The notes under the pieces: generated by a model
Told to the model about the DNA's origin: nothing
What the model saw: only the letters and a program-made list of their open reading frames with translations
Database searches by the model: none
Shown: positions 8,857 to 17,398 of the stretch, one piece after another
Numbering within the stretch: the stretch's first letter is position 1
Layout of the letters: each line of letters begins with the position of its first letter
NCBI GenBank assembly: GCA_012959525.1
Contig: DUDB01000072.1
Coordinates: 2,098 to 66,097 of the forward strand
Length of the DNA: 64,000 bases
Reading direction: 5' to 3'
Source of the DNA: Planctomycetota bacterium
GTDB taxonomy: Bacteria > Planctomycetota > UBA1135 > GCA-002686595
Made by a program: the position numbers and the translations under genes

Positions 8857-11325
8857 CTAGTACTGCAGCTCGCTGACGAGCGCGCCACGTCGGTCGAACA
8901 GGCGCACCCACTCGCCGGCCTCGATCTTCTGGAGGTAGGGCCCCGTCACGTGTAGGCCTTCGCCCCCCGTCGGGCTCGTGGCACGCTTACGGAACAGCTT
9001 GACGTTGGGGCTCAGGTACAGGTCGTCACCGGCGGCCATCACGGTACCCTGCGGCACGGCGAAGCGAATGGCACCGCCCAAGCTGTAGCCCGAGATATCT
9101 GCGGCCAGGGGGGAGGAGTTGGACAGGATGACGTACTCCTCACCCATCTTGCCGGAGGCGGGGTCTCCTTGGATGAAGCGGACTGTGATGGGCGGCGACG
9201 GGTTGGCCGGTGGGATAACACCGCTGCCGGCTGGGCCGTGGGTTGTGTACAGATGCTGGCGCCGCTTGCGCAGGTACTTGTTCTTGAGACGGTCTACGTC
9301 CTCGATAAAAGCGTAGCTCGATCCCCAGTTGGGAATTCCCCAGAGGGCCTGGTCCAGGGTGACGTCCGCCTGCATGGCGACGACCAGGTCGTCAATCCAC
9401 GTCTCCAGGAAGTGAGGCTGTACCGCGGGGGTCTCCAGGAAGCGGTCCATAAGGGTGCGCAGGCGACACAGGTACATCTCGCGAGTGCGTGGGTTGGCAT
9501 AGATGCGATCGATCAGGATGTTGTGGGGACCATCGTTCTTGGGGTGCGCCTGATCCCCGAAGAGGGGGTGGCTGAAGGGATCCTTCATGGCCCAGAGGGT
9601 GTCGTTGAGCACCCCGCCCGCGATCGTGTAGTTGCGCCCCCAGGTCAGGTCCTTGTCCCAGGGAATGAACTGCCATTCCTTGTCGCCGTCCGAATCACGG
9701 TAGAGGTAGTAGTTCTTGGCGATGTGGTCGTTGTCATGGATCAGGCTCGTTACGGCCAGGTAGTTGAAGCACTGATCCAGGTCGACGGCATCAAACAGCA
9801 GTATCTCCAATTCCGAGGCCGAGGCTTTAGCCAGACCCTGTACCAACTGCTTCAAATCCTTGTGACCTTCTTGCAGGCGAGTCTTCTTCTCGACGCCGCC
9901 TTTCCAGGAGTTCAGCACGTTGTACATCTTGTACAGCGCGCCTTCCGGGTCGAGGCCATGCTCCTCCAGGAAGGACTCCTCGCCCGGTTCCTCAACGAAG
10001 ATCGCCACGCTCCTGAAGGCTCCATTCTGTTCGAGCCGAAGGGGGTAGGAACCGGAGGAGACACAGCCCGCCAGGGTGTACAGCTCGTAGGAGAGCGTCT
10101 GCCGCACGAAAGCCTTGTCCGCCCAGGTCGTGTTGATGTTGGCCTCGTCGTGCCGGATGCCACTCGGGAAGAGCAGACGCTGATCCTTGTTGAAGTCGAA
10201 CTTGTAGCTCTTCTTCGGGTACCAGGCTGACGAGCCCCCGCGGATGCGCACGAACACGTTGTCGTAGAACTCACCGTTGGTATAGACCGAAGCGCGCGTG
10301 CCAGCGCGCGTCTCGCCCTTGGCCGGATTCTGCAGCCAGTACTGCCAGCGCGGCAGGGCGGAGGAGACCGCGTCGTTGCGCACCGCCGTACCGAAGTACT
10401 CAGCGGACCCCTTGGGGTCCACGAAGGGGGGCAGGCTGGACGAGCGCAGGGTGCTCCCCTCGATGGCCTCCATGCGCCAGCGCAGCATCTGTCCCGGAAC
10501 GAAGGCCTGGGCCGGAATCGTGGCGCTGTAGATGCCATCACCCGCCGCCAGATCCGCACCTTGGCCATCGTCGAGCAGAGGCAGGATCGACTCCCCGTTG
10601 AAGTCCAGGCGCCACGTCAGGCTCACCGCGCCGCCCTTCAGATCGCTGGGCACGCTGACCCAGATGCGCACGTCTTCTCCCGGTCCGGGATCGGTGGGCG
10701 CGTAGCCCGGATTGACCATGACCGGCCCCCCCGGCCCGTTGGCGGTTCCAGGTGTGGGAGCGGTAAAGTACGTCTCGTTGCTGGTGGGGCCCGGATCGAA
10801 GGACAGCCCATAGGAGACATCCGCGAACTGCTGGGGGTAGGTCGGGGCGTAGGCGTGCTCGACGGTGGCACCGTCCGGCCGGGTCAGGCCGAGGAACTCG
10901 CCATCCGCCTTGAGCTTGAAGTTCGTGTGATACTCTGCGCCTGGAGTGACGCGGTCCTTCCCGGACGCGAACACGATCAGGAACCCGCCCGCTGGGAGCA
11001 GCGTGGGCGTTGGAATCTGCCAGCGGTCGAGGTTGCTTGCGCTGTCCGTCAGGTACCAACCGGAAAGGTCAAGAGGAGCCCCAGCGGGATTGTGCAGCTC
11101 GATCCAATCCGAGGAATCCCCGTCCGCGTCGTAGAGCGTGTTCGTGTTGGAAGCCTGAAACTCGGATAGCAGCGGGCCCTGTGCGTGGGCGCCTGCCGCT
11201 AGCAACAAGGCCAGGATGGCGATTGCCGGTGCAAACAAAGTGGTGTTCAGCAAGGAGAGCAGAGTGACTCTTATGGCCTGCTGTGGCATGTGCCGGTCGG
11301 CACTTCGTGGGTTGGATGCGATCAC
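8857..11325 (-). CDS. CotH-family protein with N- and C-terminal lamin-tail (LTD) domains
   Basis: 822 aa. TM/signal segment LFAPAIAILALLLAAGAHA. LTD signature LLSEFQASN...DWIELHNPAGAPLDLSGWYLTD. The central region with SYKFDFNKD, WADKAFVRQTLSYELY and IHDNDHIAKNYYLYRD is typical of CotH. A second LTD-like segment EYVILSNSSPLAADISGYSLGG follows. Alternative start at 11289. Confidence 0.75.
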   Translation of the reverse strand: MIASNPRSADRHMPQQAIRVTLLSLLNTTLFAPAIAILALLLAAGAHAQGPLLSEFQASNTNTLYDADGDSSDWIELHNPAGAPLDLSGWYLTDSASNLDRWQIPTPTLLPAGGFLIVFASGKDRVTPGAEYHTNFKLKADGEFLGLTRPDGATVEHAYAPTYPQQFADVSYGLSFDPGPTSNETYFTAPTPGTANGPGGPVMVNPGYAPTDPGPGEDVRIWVSVPSDLKGGAVSLTWRLDFNGESILPLLDDGQGADLAAGDGIYSATIPAQAFVPGQMLRWRMEAIEGSTLRSSSLPPFVDPKGSAEYFGTAVRNDAVSSALPRWQYWLQNPAKGETRAGTRASVYTNGEFYDNVFVRIRGGSSAWYPKKSYKFDFNKDQRLLFPSGIRHDEANINTTWADKAFVRQTLSYELYTLAGCVSSGSYPLRLEQNGAFRSVAIFVEEPGEESFLEEHGLDPEGALYKMYNVLNSWKGGVEKKTRLQEGHKDLKQLVQGLAKASASELEILLFDAVDLDQCFNYLAVTSLIHDNDHIAKNYYLYRDSDGDKEWQFIPWDKDLTWGRNYTIAGGVLNDTLWAMKDPFSHPLFGDQAHPKNDGPHNILIDRIYANPRTREMYLCRLRTLMDRFLETPAVQPHFLETWIDDLVVAMQADVTLDQALWGIPNWGSSYAFIEDVDRLKNKYLRKRRQHLYTTHGPAGSGVIPPANPSPPITVRFIQGDPASGKMGEEYVILSNSSPLAADISGYSLGGAIRFAVPQGTVMAAGDDLYLSPNVKLFRKRATSPTGGEGLHVTGPYLQKIEAGEWVRLFDRRGALVSELQY

Positions 11326-11413
11326 CCGTTCAAACTACCCCGGCCCCTGGCTGATCGCCATCCATGATTGGAGAAGCACCGTTTTGGCCACCGGCCTGTA
11401 TGCTCATGCGGCT

Positions 11414-13900
11414 ATGTCGCCGCTCCCGCTCCCCCCGACCGCTTGGCCCGATCCCATGCTTACGATCTTCGCTTGTACGTTGACCTTGACAGGTTGCCTC
11501 TCGCCCTCGGCTCTCACTGCTCAGGATGGACCGGTTGATGCCAGAGGTCGTTTGGCGGCCCACGCGGTTCATGAGTCCATGCGTGCGGATACGCCTCACG
11601 CAGAACGCACCTGGCGCTTCATCGGGCCGACCAACGTCAGTGGCCGCGTGGTGGACATGGCCATTCCCACTCCGCGTGGGGAGCACTACACCCTCTACGT
11701 GGCCACGGCCACCGGCGGGCTGTGGCGCAGCCGCAACGAGGGAACGACCTTCGAACCTCTCTTTGAGGACGGGCCCACCGGCTCCATCGGAGCCCTGGCC
11801 GTGGACCCTGCGGACTCCGAGCGCCTTTGGATGGGGACGGGCGAGGCCAACATCTTCCGCAGCTCGATGGCGGGCACGGGCGTGTACCTGTCCGAGGACG
11901 GTGGGACGACCTTCACCCACATGGGCCTGGAGGACACGCACACCATCGCGCGCGTGTGCGTGCACCCGACCGATCCCAACACCGTCTACGTCGCCGCTAG
12001 CGGGCACGAATGGACGGACAACCCGGAGCGTGGCGTGTACCGCACGCGCGATGGGGGTCAAACCTGGAAGCTCGTGCTGTTCGTCGACGCGGGCACAGGC
12101 GCCATTGATCTGGCGTTGGACCCCCAGGACCCGAATCGCATCTACGCCGCCACGTGGGAGCGCAGGCGCGACCGTTGGAATGACCCTCGCACCTACCCCA
12201 CCACCCGAGGCAACGGAATTTGGCGCAGCGAAGACGGGGGGGACTCCTGGGACCCTATCAACGAGGGGCTGCCCCTGCCTGAGCACCGCGGACGCATCGG
12301 CCTGGCGACCACCCCCTCCCTCGCTGGCAGCCTGTATGCATTCGTGGACAACTACGAGCTGGTGGAGTTGGAAGAGGACGAGGAACGCGGCGAGGAGGAT
12401 GAAGAAGGCGAGGAGGATGAAGAAGGCGAGGAGGATGAAGAAGGCGAGGAGGATGCCGGCGGCACGGACTCCTACGGGCGCGAGAAGCAGCGGGAGATCA
12501 AGGGAGCCACGCTCTATCGTTCCTTGGATCACGGCAACACCTGGCAACAGGCCAGCGAGGAGAACCGTTACATGCGAGGCCTCTCCGCTACCTACGGCTG
12601 GGTCTTTGGGCAGGTGCGCGCGGACCCTGTGGACGCGGACAAGGTGTTCCTGATGGGCCTTGGGCTGAACGTCTCTGAGGATGGAGGCAAGACCTTCCGC
12701 TCTTTGCGCGGCATGCACGGCGATCACCACGCCCTGTGGATCGACCCGGCCAACACCGACTATCTGGTGAACGGCAATGACGGGGGCTTGGCCATCTCCT
12801 ACGACGGGGGTGAGAACTGGCGAACCTCCACCAACAACCTGCCGGCCGTGCAGTTCTACAACCTTGCCGTGGACATGGATGAGCCCTTCCATATGTACGG
12901 TTCCATCCAGGATCACGGCAGTCGGGTCGGTACGGCCTCGTCCGGCCAGCGGCGCCGCTGGCGCGGTGGCGGAGGTTCAGGAACAGAGTGGGGGGCGGCT
13001 TCGGGAGGAGAGGCGAGCTTCCACGCTGTGGACCCCACCGATGCGAGCGTCCTCTACTCGGAAGGGTTCTATGGGAGCATCCAACGCACCAACCTCGCGA
13101 GTGGAGAGCGCACCGGCCTTCAACCCAAGGCGGGTGATGGCGAGCCAGAACTGCGCGGTCAATGGCTCGCACCGTTCCTACTCTCTCCGCACAATTCCCG
13201 TGTCGTCTACCACGGGATGAATCGACTCTATCGCTCCATGCACATGGGCGAGGGCTTCGAACCCATCAGTCCAGATTTGACAGGCAATGACCCGGATCAG
13301 TTGGGGGACATTCAATATCAGACCATCACGGCCATTTCAGAGTCTCCGTTCACTTTTGGGGAGATCTACGTGGGCACCGATGACGGTCATCTGCACGTGA
13401 CCCATGATTCGGGCGCCCATTGGGAAGAGCGCACGGCGGGCCTGGCGCAGGAGCGCTGGATCTCGCGCGTGGTTGCCTCCGTGCACCAGGAGGGTGTGGT
13501 CTACGCGGCTCAGAACGGTAAGCGCTGGGATGACTTTGCGACCTACCTGTGGCGTTCTCCCGACCAGGGCCGGACCTGGGAGAGCATCGGTGCGGGTATT
13601 CCCTGCGGACCGGTCAACGTGGTGCACGAGGACCCCAAGGTCTCCGGCCTGCTCTACGCGGGAACCGACCTGGGGGTGTACGTGAGCATGGACGACGGTG
13701 ATACCTGGGACGTGCTGGGCGGAGGCCTGCCCAATACCTTCGTGCATGATCTGGTGGTTCATCCCCGGGACGGAGTCCTGCTTGCCGCCACCCACGGACG
13801 GGGTGTGTGGCAATTGAACGTGCGAACTCTCCAGGAGCCGGTAGAAGAAACGGCCGAGGAGCCCGACACCGAGCAAGGGGCGGGGGCGGAAGAGAACTAA
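11414..13900 (+). CDS. BNR/Asp-box repeat beta-propeller protein (sortilin/VPS10-like), probable lipoprotein
   Basis: Nine Asp-box motifs (SxDxGxTW type): SEDGGTTF, TRDGGQTW, SEDGGDSW, SLDHGNTW, SEDGGKTF, SYDGGENW, THDSGAHW, SPDQGRTW and SMDDGDTW. The track start at 11216 overlaps the CotH gene. Starts at 11414 (MSPLP) or 11456 (MLTIFACTLTLTGC, lipobox-like) are more plausible. Confidence 0.8.
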   Translation: MSPLPLPPTAWPDPMLTIFACTLTLTGCLSPSALTAQDGPVDARGRLAAHAVHESMRADTPHAERTWRFIGPTNVSGRVVDMAIPTPRGEHYTLYVATATGGLWRSRNEGTTFEPLFEDGPTGSIGALAVDPADSERLWMGTGEANIFRSSMAGTGVYLSEDGGTTFTHMGLEDTHTIARVCVHPTDPNTVYVAASGHEWTDNPERGVYRTRDGGQTWKLVLFVDAGTGAIDLALDPQDPNRIYAATWERRRDRWNDPRTYPTTRGNGIWRSEDGGDSWDPINEGLPLPEHRGRIGLATTPSLAGSLYAFVDNYELVELEEDEERGEEDEEGEEDEEGEEDEEGEEDAGGTDSYGREKQREIKGATLYRSLDHGNTWQQASEENRYMRGLSATYGWVFGQVRADPVDADKVFLMGLGLNVSEDGGKTFRSLRGMHGDHHALWIDPANTDYLVNGNDGGLAISYDGGENWRTSTNNLPAVQFYNLAVDMDEPFHMYGSIQDHGSRVGTASSGQRRRWRGGGGSGTEWGAASGGEASFHAVDPTDASVLYSEGFYGSIQRTNLASGERTGLQPKAGDGEPELRGQWLAPFLLSPHNSRVVYHGMNRLYRSMHMGEGFEPISPDLTGNDPDQLGDIQYQTITAISESPFTFGEIYVGTDDGHLHVTHDSGAHWEERTAGLAQERWISRVVASVHQEGVVYAAQNGKRWDDFATYLWRSPDQGRTWESIGAGIPCGPVNVVHEDPKVSGLLYAGTDLGVYVSMDDGDTWDVLGGGLPNTFVHDLVVHPRDGVLLAATHGRGVWQLNVRTLQEPVEETAEEPDTEQGAGAEEN
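12389..12455 (+). repeat. 18-bp in-frame tandem repeat (GGCGAGGAGGATGAAGAA x about 3.7) encoding (GEEDEE)n inside the BNR propeller gene
   Basis: Direct reading. Units lie at 12389-12406, 12407-12424 and 12425-12442, with a partial unit at 12443-12455. The translation is EEDEERGEEDEEGEEDEEGEEDEEGEEDAGG. Confidence 0.9.
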
Positions 13901-14188
13901 TTTCTGGCCGGGCGTTTTGGGCATTCGTAGCCCTCTGGCATAGTGCTAACGCCCGACCCGTCACGGGTGCCTAATAGGGCCCATAAAGCGCATTCGTATT
14001 CATCCGCACGGATGCCGTGATGTCTGGACAGAAATTAGGGGGCGGGGTAAGGTTGCAGCCGTCGCAACAACGAATACCAGTCGCTTTCCCATGACTTTTG
14101 CAGTTCGAGACTCCAATCCGTCCGCTCACGCAGAGAGACCTTGCCGCTCGCAGGGCTTGCCCGCCCCGGTTTCCCAGGGGGGCTCGCT

Positions 14189-14956
14189 GTGAAGGTGGGC
14201 ATTCTCGCTGGGGGCGTAGGGTCGCGTCTGTCTGAGGAGACGGTCCTCAAGCCCAAGCCGATGGTAGAGGTGGGGGGGCGGCCCATCCTTTGGCACATCA
14301 TGCAGCGCTACGCGGCGTTCGGGCACACCGAATTCGTGGTGGCCCTTGGCTATAAAGGCGAGTACATCAAGCGCTATATGCTCGACTACTGTTCGCTCAG
14401 CAGCAACTTGAAGGTTCACCTGGGCCAGGGTGAGGTGATTCAAGAGACGCGCGGTGGGGAAGAGGATTGGACGGTCGAGCTCATCGATACGGGCCAGGAA
14501 TCTGGAACAGGGGGCCGCATTCGCCAGCTTGTGCCTTACATGGGGGACGAGACGTTCATGCTGACCTGGGGCGACGGAGTCAGTAATGTCGACTTGGATG
14601 CCCTCCTCGACTTTCACCGGTCTCACGGAAAGCTCGCGACCGTGACGGCCGTCCGCCCGCCAGCACGTTTTGGCCTGATCGAAATGGACGGCGACAGAGT
14701 CGTGAGCTTCTCGGAGAAACCCCAATTGGGTGAAGGCTGGATCAATGGCGCTTTTTTTGTCTTCGAACCCGGCATCGCCGAGTACGTGGATGACGACCTT
14801 GTCATGTGGGAGCAATCTCCCATGGAGCGCTTGGCTGCCGACGGGCAGCTGATGGCTTACCGGCACCACGGTTTCTGGCAATGCATGGACACGTTGCGCC
14901 ACAAGAAACGACTTGAAGAACTCTGGGCCAAAGGGGACGCCCCCTGGCAGGCCTGA
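14189..14956 (+). CDS. rfbF: Glucose-1-phosphate cytidylyltransferase
   Basis: VKVGILAGGVGSRLSEETVLKPKPMVEVGGRPILWHIMQRYAAFGHTEFVVALGYKGEYIKRYMLDY matches the RfbF N-terminus almost motif for motif. INGAFFVFEP and the C-terminal WQCMDTLRHKKRLEELW also match. A GTG start at 14189 gives 255 aa (family-typical length) with a G-rich SD-like run at 14175-14181. The track ATG at 14141 would add 16 aa. Confidence 0.9.
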   Translation: MKVGILAGGVGSRLSEETVLKPKPMVEVGGRPILWHIMQRYAAFGHTEFVVALGYKGEYIKRYMLDYCSLSSNLKVHLGQGEVIQETRGGEEDWTVELIDTGQESGTGGRIRQLVPYMGDETFMLTWGDGVSNVDLDALLDFHRSHGKLATVTAVRPPARFGLIEMDGDRVVSFSEKPQLGEGWINGAFFVFEPGIAEYVDDDLVMWEQSPMERLAADGQLMAYRHHGFWQCMDTLRHKKRLEELWAKGDAPWQA

Positions 14957-14965
14957 CTGACGCCC

Positions 14966-15025
14966 GAAATCCGCACTGAAATCCGCACTGAAATCCGCAC
15001 TGAAATCCGCACTGAAATCCGCACC
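14966..15025 (+). repeat. 12-bp perfect tandem repeat GAAATCCGCACT x4 plus one 11/12 copy, intergenic
   Basis: Direct reading. Units lie at 14966-14977, 14978-14989, 14990-15001, 15002-15013 and 15014-15025 (last base C instead of T). The array starts 10 nt after the rfbF stop and ends 50 nt before the next ATG. Confidence 0.95.
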
Positions 15026-15075
15026 GCAACCCGCCTTTTCTCTGAACCGCAAATCGAATCAATAAGGAACCCAAG

Positions 15076-16140
15076 ATGAGAGTTCTCGTTACCGGCCATG
15101 ACGGCTATATCGGCTGTGTTTTGGTCCCCATGCTCCAAGAGCGCGGCCATGAGGTCGTCGGCCTGGATAGCGGTCTGTTCGTGGGTTGCGAATTCGAGGA
15201 CTTGCCTTTCGAGTGTGAGACCATTCGCGCAGACGTGCGTGACGTCAGCCCCGAGCACATGCACGGTATCGACGCAGTCATTCATCTGGCGGGGATATCC
15301 AATGACCCCTTAGGGGATCTGAATGCGGAGTGCACCTACGACATCAACCATCGGGCCAGCGTGCGCGTCGCCGAAGTTGCCCGCACGGCCGGCGTCCAGC
15401 GTTTCCTTCAGTCCTCCTCCTGCAGCCTGTACGGGGCCCACGGGGATGACCTGATCGACGAGGGCGCCGAGTTCAAGCCCGTCACGCCCTACGGGGAGTC
15501 AAAGGTGCTCGTGGAGCGCGATGTGGCACCCATGGCGAGCGACACCTTCTCTCCCGTCTTCTTGCGCAATGCTACGGCCTACGGCCTCTCCGCGCGTCTA
15601 CGCGGGGACCTGGTGGTCAACAACCTGACCGGATACGCCGTGACCAAAGGAGAAGTGTTCCTCAAGAGTGACGGCACACCGTGGCGCCCGTTGGTTCACA
15701 TCCGTGATATCTCCTTGGCCTTCATCGCAGCCATGGAGGCCCCACGCGCGGTGATTCACAATCAGGCTTTCAACGTGGGGAGGACCGACGAGAACTTCCG
15801 CATGAGCGAAGTGGCAGAGATCGTGCGTTCGATCGTGCCGGACAGCGTCGTGACCTATGCCGAGGGCGCTGGTCCGGACAAGCGCTGCTACAGGGTCGAT
15901 TGCCGCAAGATTGAGAATGAGCTTCCCGGTTACGAGCCCTGCTGGACGGTGCGTAAGGGCGTAGAGGAGCTCTACGCGGCGTACAAGTCTCACGGATTGA
16001 CCGTGGATGAGTTGGAGAGCTCGCGCTACATGCGCATCAAGCACGTGCAGGGCCTGCAGTCGGAAGGACGCTTGGACGGAGACCTGCGCTGGAAGTCGGG
16101 CTCCCCCGAGACCTTGACTGAACCCGCGGTGAGCCTCTAG
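15076..16140 (+). CDS. NAD-dependent epimerase/dehydratase (extended SDR) family protein
   Basis: Rossmann N-terminus MRVLVTGHDGYIGCVL and catalytic YGESK (YxxxK). 354 aa. SD-like AAGGA at 15064-15068. Confidence 0.85.
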   Translation: MRVLVTGHDGYIGCVLVPMLQERGHEVVGLDSGLFVGCEFEDLPFECETIRADVRDVSPEHMHGIDAVIHLAGISNDPLGDLNAECTYDINHRASVRVAEVARTAGVQRFLQSSSCSLYGAHGDDLIDEGAEFKPVTPYGESKVLVERDVAPMASDTFSPVFLRNATAYGLSARLRGDLVVNNLTGYAVTKGEVFLKSDGTPWRPLVHIRDISLAFIAAMEAPRAVIHNQAFNVGRTDENFRMSEVAEIVRSIVPDSVVTYAEGAGPDKRCYRVDCRKIENELPGYEPCWTVRKGVEELYAAYKSHGLTVDELESSRYMRIKHVQGLQSEGRLDGDLRWKSGSPETLTEPAVSL

Positions 16141-16142
16141 TC

Positions 16143-17396
16143 ATGGTTACTCGCACCACTTGCCGGTCCTGCGCGTCCGCCGACTTGGACGTCTTCCTCT
16201 CCCTGGGGGACCTGCCGCTCTCCGACGCATTCCGCGATGCGGGCAATCTGGATGAAGAGGAAGGACGCTACCCCTTGGACGTCGCCTTCTGCCGCGAGTG
16301 TTCTCTGGTACAGATCCTGGAGACGGTCGCCCCTGAAGAGCTATTTGCCGAAGACTATCCCTACTACTCATCGTTCTCGGATGCCCTGCTTGAGCACTCG
16401 CGAGCCAACGTGGAAGCTGTTCTGTCCCATGAGGATTGGGGTGCCTCTCTGGGGGCCGATAGTCTTGTGGTGGAGGTGGCCAGCAATGACGGCTACTTGC
16501 TGCAGTACTACAAGCAAAAGGGGATCCCGGTCCTCGGGATCGATCCCGCCCCCGGGCCGGTGGAGGCCGCTCGAGCGAAAGGCGTGGAGAGCCTGATTGC
16601 CTTCTTTGGTCTCGAGATGGCCCGCCAACTCGCGAACCAGGGGCGCCGCGCGCACATCATCCACGGAAACAACGTGCTGGCCCATGTGGCGGATACCGCA
16701 GGCTTCGTGCAGGGCATCACCACGCTCCTCCAAGATGAGGGCGTTGCCATCATGGAGTTCCCCTACGTGCGCGACCTGATCGACCACGGTGAGTTCGACA
16801 CGATCTATCACGAACACCTGTGCTATTTCTCCGTGACCGCCGTCCAGACTCTCTTCGCGGCCAACGGACTAGTCTTGCATCACGTGGACCATCTGCCCAT
16901 CCATGGTGGGTCCCTGCGGGTGTTCGCCTCGCGAGCCGACTCACCCAGCCCACGTCAGCCGGATGCCTCGGTGGAGCAGTATCTGGCGGCCGAAGAAGAG
17001 GCGGGGCTCACCTCACCCGAGTACTACCGCGGCTTCTCTGACCGTGTGGCTTCGGTGCGCACCGGCTTGAGGGATCTGATTGCGGATCTGTCGTCCCAGG
17101 GCAAGACGATTGCCGGCTACGGAGCCGCGGCCAAAGGCACGATCATGCTCAACTACTGCGGTATCGGCTCTGAGACCCTTGCCTTCGTGGCTGATCGTAA
17201 CGTGCACAAGCAGGGCCGCTTCATGCCAGGTGTTCACGTGCCGGTCGTGGACCCATCACGCATCTTGGAAGAGCAGCCCGACTACCTGCTGATCCTGCCT
17301 TGGAATTTCAAGGACGAGATCGTTGAGCAACAAGCCGCGTACGCCGAGAACGGTGGTCAGTTCATCGTGCCTGTTCCCGAGCCCCGGGTACTGTAG
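16143..17396 (+). CDS. SAM-dependent NDP-hexose C-methyltransferase-type protein (TylCIII/NovU-like architecture)
   Basis: N-terminal Cys-pair zinc-ribbon (CRSCASADL...CRECSLVQ). SAM motif VVEVASNDGYLL. The C-terminal domain carries GKTIAGYGAAAKG, typical of the Methyltransf_13/Methyltransf_14 arrangement. Confidence 0.8.
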   Translation: MVTRTTCRSCASADLDVFLSLGDLPLSDAFRDAGNLDEEEGRYPLDVAFCRECSLVQILETVAPEELFAEDYPYYSSFSDALLEHSRANVEAVLSHEDWGASLGADSLVVEVASNDGYLLQYYKQKGIPVLGIDPAPGPVEAARAKGVESLIAFFGLEMARQLANQGRRAHIIHGNNVLAHVADTAGFVQGITTLLQDEGVAIMEFPYVRDLIDHGEFDTIYHEHLCYFSVTAVQTLFAANGLVLHHVDHLPIHGGSLRVFASRADSPSPRQPDASVEQYLAAEEEAGLTSPEYYRGFSDRVASVRTGLRDLIADLSSQGKTIAGYGAAAKGTIMLNYCGIGSETLAFVADRNVHKQGRFMPGVHVPVVDPSRILEEQPDYLLILPWNFKDEIVEQQAAYAENGGQFIVPVPEPRVL

Positions 17397-17398
17397 GA

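Noticed and set aside
7310-8911. Long antisense ORFs opposite well-supported genes. Examples: 7310..8911(-) 533 aa, 11330..12916(-) 528 aa, 29492..30847(-) 451 aa, 32246..33487(+) 413 aa, 48411..49634(+) 407 aa, 54921..56393(+) 490 aa and 57057..58001(-) 314 aa.
   Set aside because: Their translations are Arg/Gly/Pro/Ala/His-rich with no recognisable motifs. Each lies fully inside a gene with strong family signatures on the other strand. This is the expected shadow-ORF behaviour of high-GC DNA, where stop codons are rare in off-frames.
13901-14188. Lower-GC 288-bp spacer before rfbF, with small hairpins (ACCCG-TCA-CGGGT, CATCC-GCAC-GGATG, GTTGC-N7-GCAAC), as a possible riboswitch or sRNA.
   Set aside because: The stems are short (5 bp). 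I recognise no riboswitch consensus and no terminator-like U-run. It is most simply the promoter/leader region of the sugar cluster.
14966-15025. Possible CRISPR array.
   Set aside because: The units are 12 bp and directly abutting, with no spacers. No cas genes are in the window.
14126-15052. 308-aa minus-strand ORF containing an ADFSADFSADFSADFSADF repeat, plus sister frames with CGFQ and RISV repeats.
   Set aside because: The repeat peptides are simply the 12-bp intergenic tandem repeat read in antisense. The rest of the ORF is antisense to rfbF, which has an unambiguous family match.
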